A stretch of 64,000 bases of DNA from Caldisphaera sp. Its GTDB lineage: Archaea > Thermoproteota > Thermoprotei_A > Sulfolobales > Acidilobaceae. The stretch spans positions 50,675-114,674 of the forward strand of contig JBMFKU010000001.1 in the NCBI GenBank assembly GCA_049971805.1, in the 5' to 3' direction. The notes under the pieces were generated by a model that saw only the letters and a program-made list of their open reading frames with translations, ran no database searches and had not been told where the DNA came from. Position numbers and translations under genes: made by a program. Positions 59,712 to 64,000 of the stretch are shown here, piece by piece. Within the stretch, counting starts at the first letter, position 1. Each line of letters starts with the position of its first letter.

Positions 59712-60248
59712 ATGGATGGAGAAAAGATGTCTGGGATTATGATTTTTATAGGTGTAACCCAATTCTTATTATTTATGATTATTTCGGAGGCATTGTATCC
59801 TGGGTATAGTATATCTAGAAATTATATTAGTGATTTAGGAGTTGGATCAACAGCATATATTTTCAATACATCCATAATATTTTTAGGAATATTTCTTATA
59901 TTAGGAGGAGCTTTTTTAAATAGTAAATTATTATCTATATTTTTAATTTTATCAGGTATTGGAGCTATGGGTGTTGGTATCTTTCCTGAAACATCGCCAT
60001 TTCATTTGCACGTAATAATGTCTTTAATAGTTTTCCTTTTTGCATCCCTTTCATCATATCCGGCGTATTTTTACAAGGGAAATAAAAACATAATTTGGCC
60101 TATAATGGGCACCTTTGGTTTAATAGCTCTAATTTTATATGTATTTGGTTATTACGGCACGATAGATTATGGTGGGATGGAAAGGTTAATAGTTTATCCA
60201 AACCTCATTTGGGCTCTTTCTTTTTCTGGTATGTTGATGAAGAAATGA
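59712..60248 (+). CDS. DUF998-family membrane protein
   Basis: SEALYPGYSISRNYISDLG, FNTSII, GVGIFPE, H, GGMERL. Confidence 0.8.
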   Translation: MDGEKMSGIMIFIGVTQFLLFMIISEALYPGYSISRNYISDLGVGSTAYIFNTSIIFLGIFLILGGAFLNSKLLSIFLILSGIGAMGVGIFPETSPFHLHVIMSLIVFLFASLSSYPAYFYKGNKNIIWPIMGTFGLIALILYVFGYYGTIDYGGMERLIVYPNLIWALSFSGMLMKK

Positions 60249-60307
60249 TTAATTTTAATGGAGATTTTTAACCTTTCTTTTTTGTTGAATAAATGAGATG
60301 AAAAGTA

Positions 60308-60796
60308 TTGATAAAAGACAAAAAATTAATTGAGATAGGTATAATTTTATTAGCAGTTGCCGTAGTTTTATTGTTTATTGTTTCACCATATGCGTTAGAA
60401 TCATCATTCTCAGTATCAATAAAGCAGGCGCAGAGCGAAATTAATAAAACAGTTATGGTTTTATCGCCAAATGAATCAGAATCTATTGCAATTGAGAGCA
60501 ACAAGATTTTTCTTTATAACTCAACAAATCCTTTAAAAGTTTACTTTAATGGAGAAAATATAACGCAAGCATCTAGCAACAATTTATATTTATTGGCTAC
60601 TACTTCAAATGGAACACTTACTGTAATAAATAATTATACAAATCCAATTAAATTTGGCTATGCAATAGTTGGAATATCATTGTTATCGTCATATTTGTCA
60701 ATACTGCTAAGCTTTATTATTGGCATCGTAGGTGTAATGGTAATAGTTTATGGTACTATAATAATGTTAAGGAGTAGGAGAGCAAAAACTTTATAG
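60308..60796 (+). CDS. Hypothetical membrane protein (two TM helices, beta-rich loop)
   Basis: N- and C-terminal hydrophobic helices. Confidence 0.65.
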   Translation: MIKDKKLIEIGIILLAVAVVLLFIVSPYALESSFSVSIKQAQSEINKTVMVLSPNESESIAIESNKIFLYNSTNPLKVYFNGENITQASSNNLYLLATTSNGTLTVINNYTNPIKFGYAIVGISLLSSYLSILLSFIIGIVGVMVIVYGTIIMLRSRRAKTL

Positions 60797-61087
60797 ATTA
60801 ATAATTATTGTTCTATTAATGAAAATTAAGTTCTCAAATAGCTTAAGGATTAAATTAAAGGCTTTGCTAAAAAAGATGATAAAATAAAGACAAACATTTC
60901 AGGGCAAGAAAGGATAAAAGCTAATTAAGATTAATATGAAGTAATTGAAAGCATTTTAATAAAATTTTAATAAAATAATAAATACGAATTTGGATTTTAT
61001 ATTAACTTAAAATATAAAAATTTTGATGGTTTTAAACAGAGTAAAGCTTATATATCTATTAAAGATATATATGTAGGGGCGATAAAT

Positions 61088-61678
61088 GTGGAATCAAAGA
61101 GCTTTTCATCATTGGGTTATGTTTTAGATCCTAAAATATCAGCATTAATAGTTTGGGATGTTCAAAATATGCTTGTTAACAATATATTTAATAAGGATCA
61201 GTTTTTAGTGAACATAAACAAGCTCATTAATTCTGCCAGAAAGGCAAATATACCAATATTTTATACAAAAATTACCCCATTACCAGAAAGATTTGATTCT
61301 CCTGTAAGGAAATTTATATATTCAAGGTGGGGTAGGTCTTCATGGGGAAATGATCCATCGCTTTATGAATTGGTAGTTAAGCCAGAGAAAAATGAAATAG
61401 TGATAAATAAAAATACTGCAAGTATATTTGTTGGAACAAACTTTGAACTCATGGTAAGAAATGCTGGTATTAAAACATTAGTTTTCACAGGAATATCAAC
61501 GGAAATGGGTGTTGAGTCTAGCGCAAGAGATGCTTTTAATTTAGGCTTCTTCCCAGTTATAGCTGAAGATGCAGTTTCTTCATCTGATAAAGAATCCCAC
61601 GAAAGATCTCTAGCAAACATGAAAAGGATGATGATAGTATTAAGTTCAGATGAGATAACAAAATATTGGAATAAATAA
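61088..61678 (+). CDS. Isochorismatase-family hydrolase (YecD-like)
   Basis: [41 protein letters not shown]. Confidence 0.88.
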   Translation: MESKSFSSLGYVLDPKISALIVWDVQNMLVNNIFNKDQFLVNINKLINSARKANIPIFYTKITPLPERFDSPVRKFIYSRWGRSSWGNDPSLYELVVKPEKNEIVINKNTASIFVGTNFELMVRNAGIKTLVFTGISTEMGVESSARDAFNLGFFPVIAEDAVSSSDKESHERSLANMKRMMIVLSSDEITKYWNK

Positions 61679-61682
61679 TAGT

Positions 61683-62435
61683 TTACCTATTTAAAATTTT
61701 TGTACCTATATCTTTACCAACTAATGCATCATAAATTTTTTTACCTTGAATTATTCTAACTTCATTTGCATTTGATTTAAATGCTTTTTTCACCTTGTTT
61801 AAAATCCCACCAGTAACATCAAATCCCTCATTTTTTATTACAGTAATGTTTTGATTTCTATCTAGGGTTTTTATTACATTTCCATTTTCATCATAAATAC
61901 CTTGAACATCTGATGCAAATAATAAACAATCTGCATTTATTATATTTGATATAATTATTGAAAGGTCATCTCCAGAAATAATTTTTCCTTCCTTATAAAA
62001 AATCGCATCTCCAAAAGTAACAGGAATTAAATTGTTTTTAATATCATTTAATATTGGTTCATAGTTGCAGTTTTCTGCTATCTCATTTTTACAAATAGTG
62101 TGGGCTGGATGCAAGGAAACTGGCAAGTTATTTTTTATCATTATATCTATCACGGCCAAACCTAAAGTTATCATAGACTTTTGAATTGTTGAAACACCTA
62201 GTTGGTCAATCCTATCATTATTCCTTTTAATTCTTTCTACTTCATAGTGGCCGAAGCTTCCTCCACCATGAACTATTACTATAACTCCTCCATGTTCTTT
62301 ATAGAATTTATTTAGTTGCATAGTAAACTCTTCTAAAGAATTCCAATCTATAGTTAATGGTATTTTTTTATCTGTTATAAAGCTCCCTCCAAGCTTTATT
62401 ACAATTTTTTTACAAACCATTTTTTCACTCATCAT
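61683..62435 (-). CDS. Isopentenyl phosphate kinase
   Basis: [44 protein letters not shown]. Confidence 0.9.
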   Translation of the reverse strand: MMSEKMVCKKIVIKLGGSFITDKKIPLTIDWNSLEEFTMQLNKFYKEHGGVIVIVHGGGSFGHYEVERIKRNNDRIDQLGVSTIQKSMITLGLAVIDIMIKNNLPVSLHPAHTICKNEIAENCNYEPILNDIKNNLIPVTFGDAIFYKEGKIISGDDLSIIISNIINADCLLFASDVQGIYDENGNVIKTLDRNQNITVIKNEGFDVTGGILNKVKKAFKSNANEVRIIQGKKIYDALVGKDIGTKILNR

Positions 62436-62468
62436 TATTTGAAAGATATTTAAGCATATTAAAATGTT

Positions 62469-63245
62469 TTATTCTAAACATATTAATTCAGCTATGTTCG
62501 GCAGTCCAGGAACATAAAAACAATTATTGTTAGGAATTAATCCATATATTAAATATGATACAGAATCTGTTATCTTCCTAAATTTATTTAGAGTATCATC
62601 AAAATCATTACTTTCTTTTATTCTTAAAGAAGCCTCTAAAACCGATACCCCCATTAGATGGGTTATAGCTCCGTATACATCATTACCCACTATATCTCTT
62701 ATAATTTGAGGTTTTATAGAAACTATTTTGCTTAATTTAATTTTTATAGTTTTTTTGTTCAATTCAGAACTTTCTTCTTCATTTCTGTAAACAACAGCTT
62801 TTCCGGTAATTGATGAGTACCTTAAAGAATCCATTACTGATGCCCATGAAGGATCATCAATGTTATCAACAATTCTTGTTAGTTCTATTATTTCATTTTC
62901 ATTTAATGTCTCATTATTATATTTTCCCAATGAATAAAGTAATAGAGATGTGGAAACAGCATATAAACCTGAAAAAGTATATCCTTGAGCTTTATTAATT
63001 AATTTTATTTCTGCACAATTTTTAAAGTTCATTCCTTCATTAAGTTTCATCCAAAAATCCTTTATGTAAGAGTTTAATTCTAATGGAAGGTTTTCGATTT
63101 TAATGTTGGTATTTTTACATTCATTTATATTAATTTCGAACTCAACCTCGCTTGTTGGAACAGCTATATAAGGATTTTCTGTATTTGGTATTGGAAACCC
63201 AAGAAAAATCGCAGATGAGTATGATTTGAGTTTCAAAATGATCAT
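62469..63245 (-). CDS. Hypothetical protein, possibly a highly divergent GHMP (mevalonate) kinase
   Basis: Overlaps the MEMO1 stop and lies directly before IPK; only faint GHMP-like spacing; canonical GLGSSAA motif absent. Confidence 0.4.
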   Translation of the reverse strand: MIILKLKSYSSAIFLGFPIPNTENPYIAVPTSEVEFEININECKNTNIKIENLPLELNSYIKDFWMKLNEGMNFKNCAEIKLINKAQGYTFSGLYAVSTSLLLYSLGKYNNETLNENEIIELTRIVDNIDDPSWASVMDSLRYSSITGKAVVYRNEEESSELNKKTIKIKLSKIVSIKPQIIRDIVGNDVYGAITHLMGVSVLEASLRIKESNDFDDTLNKFRKITDSVSYLIYGLIPNNNCFYVPGLPNIAELICLE

Positions 63246-64000
63246 CCTTTTATTAACATGGCTGAAGCATAACCAACTACATAATCTTTTTCCCCTGTAA
63301 CATCTCCAGAGGTTGCATGCTTTAATATCTTAGCCTTAAATCCCAATTTCTTCCCTAATTCTATTAATGCTCCAACAGGTCCTGGACCGCACATAGTTAT
63401 ATCGTTGTTTTCTATAGTTGAGAAAAGACCATCAAGATCCAGTTGAATTATTTTCTGCAAGGCCATTTCATCCTTTTTTACTGTTATATCTTGAGGTTCG
63501 TAGTGATTCATATCACTGCTTGCTATATATATTAAATCAACATCATTTTCCTTCATTATTTTATATAGGGAATTTGCTAGGTCTCTGGAAACTTCCTCAT
63601 TTTGCAATTTTATAACTATTGGAACAATTTTTATATCTTTAAAAATATATTGTAAAAAAGGTATTTGAATTTCTACAGAATGCTCGTATAGGTGAGCTTC
63701 TTCATCAAATGAAAAATACCTTGAGTTTTGAACTATCAATTTTGCTACATCAGAATCTACCTCAACGTCTCCTAGAGGTGTTTGCCAAATACCTTCTTTC
63801 CATATAGAAGCATTTTCACCCAAACCAGTGTGATTAGGGCCTGCTATAATAAATACCTTTGGTTTACCTCCTAATGAGATGTTATAATAGCTGTGAGCAG
63901 CAATTGGTCCGCTATACATATAACCAGCATGAGGAACCATATATGCAATGCTATTTTTATCTCTTTCTTTTGCAACAGGCAATTTACCAGGTCCTAAATT
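63242..64000 (-). CDS. MEMO1-family protein (AmmeMemoRadiSam protein B), 5'-truncated by the window edge
   Basis: PHAGYMYSG, GPNHTG, WQTPLG, EHSVEIQIPFLQ, SSDMNHY, MCGPGP, TSGDVTG, VVGYA; frame is open to base 64000. Confidence 0.93.
   Translation of the reverse strand, partial: NLGPGKLPVAKERDKNSIAYMVPHAGYMYSGPIAAHSYYNISLGGKPKVFIIAGPNHTGLGENASIWKEGIWQTPLGDVEVDSDVAKLIVQNSRYFSFDEEAHLYEHSVEIQIPFLQYIFKDIKIVPIVIKLQNEEVSRDLANSLYKIMKENDVDLIYIASSDMNHYEPQDITVKKDEMALQKIIQLDLDGLFSTIENNDITMCGPGPVGALIELGKKLGFKAKILKHATSGDVTGEKDYVVGYASAMLIKG

Noticed and set aside
60797-61087. Purine-rich intergenic stretch that might be a decayed gene
   Set aside because: All frames are interrupted and no motif is recognisable.
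61088-61678. Isochorismatase-family protein lacking the catalytic Cys (STEMGVES)
   Set aside because: The Cys-to-Gly variant is known in the YecD-like subfamily, so it is not novel.

Overview
A very AT-rich, gene-dense archaeal chromosome segment. The gene content (reverse gyrase, CdvA plus ESCRT-III, an Alba paralogue, C/D-box sRNAs, an AcnX pair, isopentenyl phosphate kinase, GGTGA ribosome-binding sites, frequent TTG/GTG starts) points to a thermophilic crenarchaeon; a Caldisphaera/Acidilobales-like organism is my inference. Most of the window is housekeeping or metabolic: icd, mtnA, ilvB-ilvN-ilvC, purine nucleoside phosphorylase, transporters, peptidases, tRNA-Leu(CAA) and a NuoEF/NuoG-like/Fe-S/aldehyde:ferredoxin oxidoreductase cluster. 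There are no CRISPR arrays or rRNA genes. Decayed IS607/IS605-type relics lie at about 1.7-2.45 kb and 59.3-59.56 kb. Highlights: (i) an unannotated 55-aa signal-peptide-like ORF convergent on a double-HTH regulator, a possible peptide-signalling pair; (ii) three perfect 27-bp repeats before ilvB, each complementary to the ilvB Shine-Dalgarno and start codon; (iii) a class C radical SAM enzyme with the MqnK/MenK motif; (iv) a motif-less protein at the mevalonate-kinase position between MEMO1 and IPK; (v) a divergently arranged cdvA/cdvB pair without cdvC; (vi) a doubly broken qNOR gene, with the tail of a second qNOR copy next to a miniature IS element. All family assignments come from motif recognition by eye; no database searches were run.
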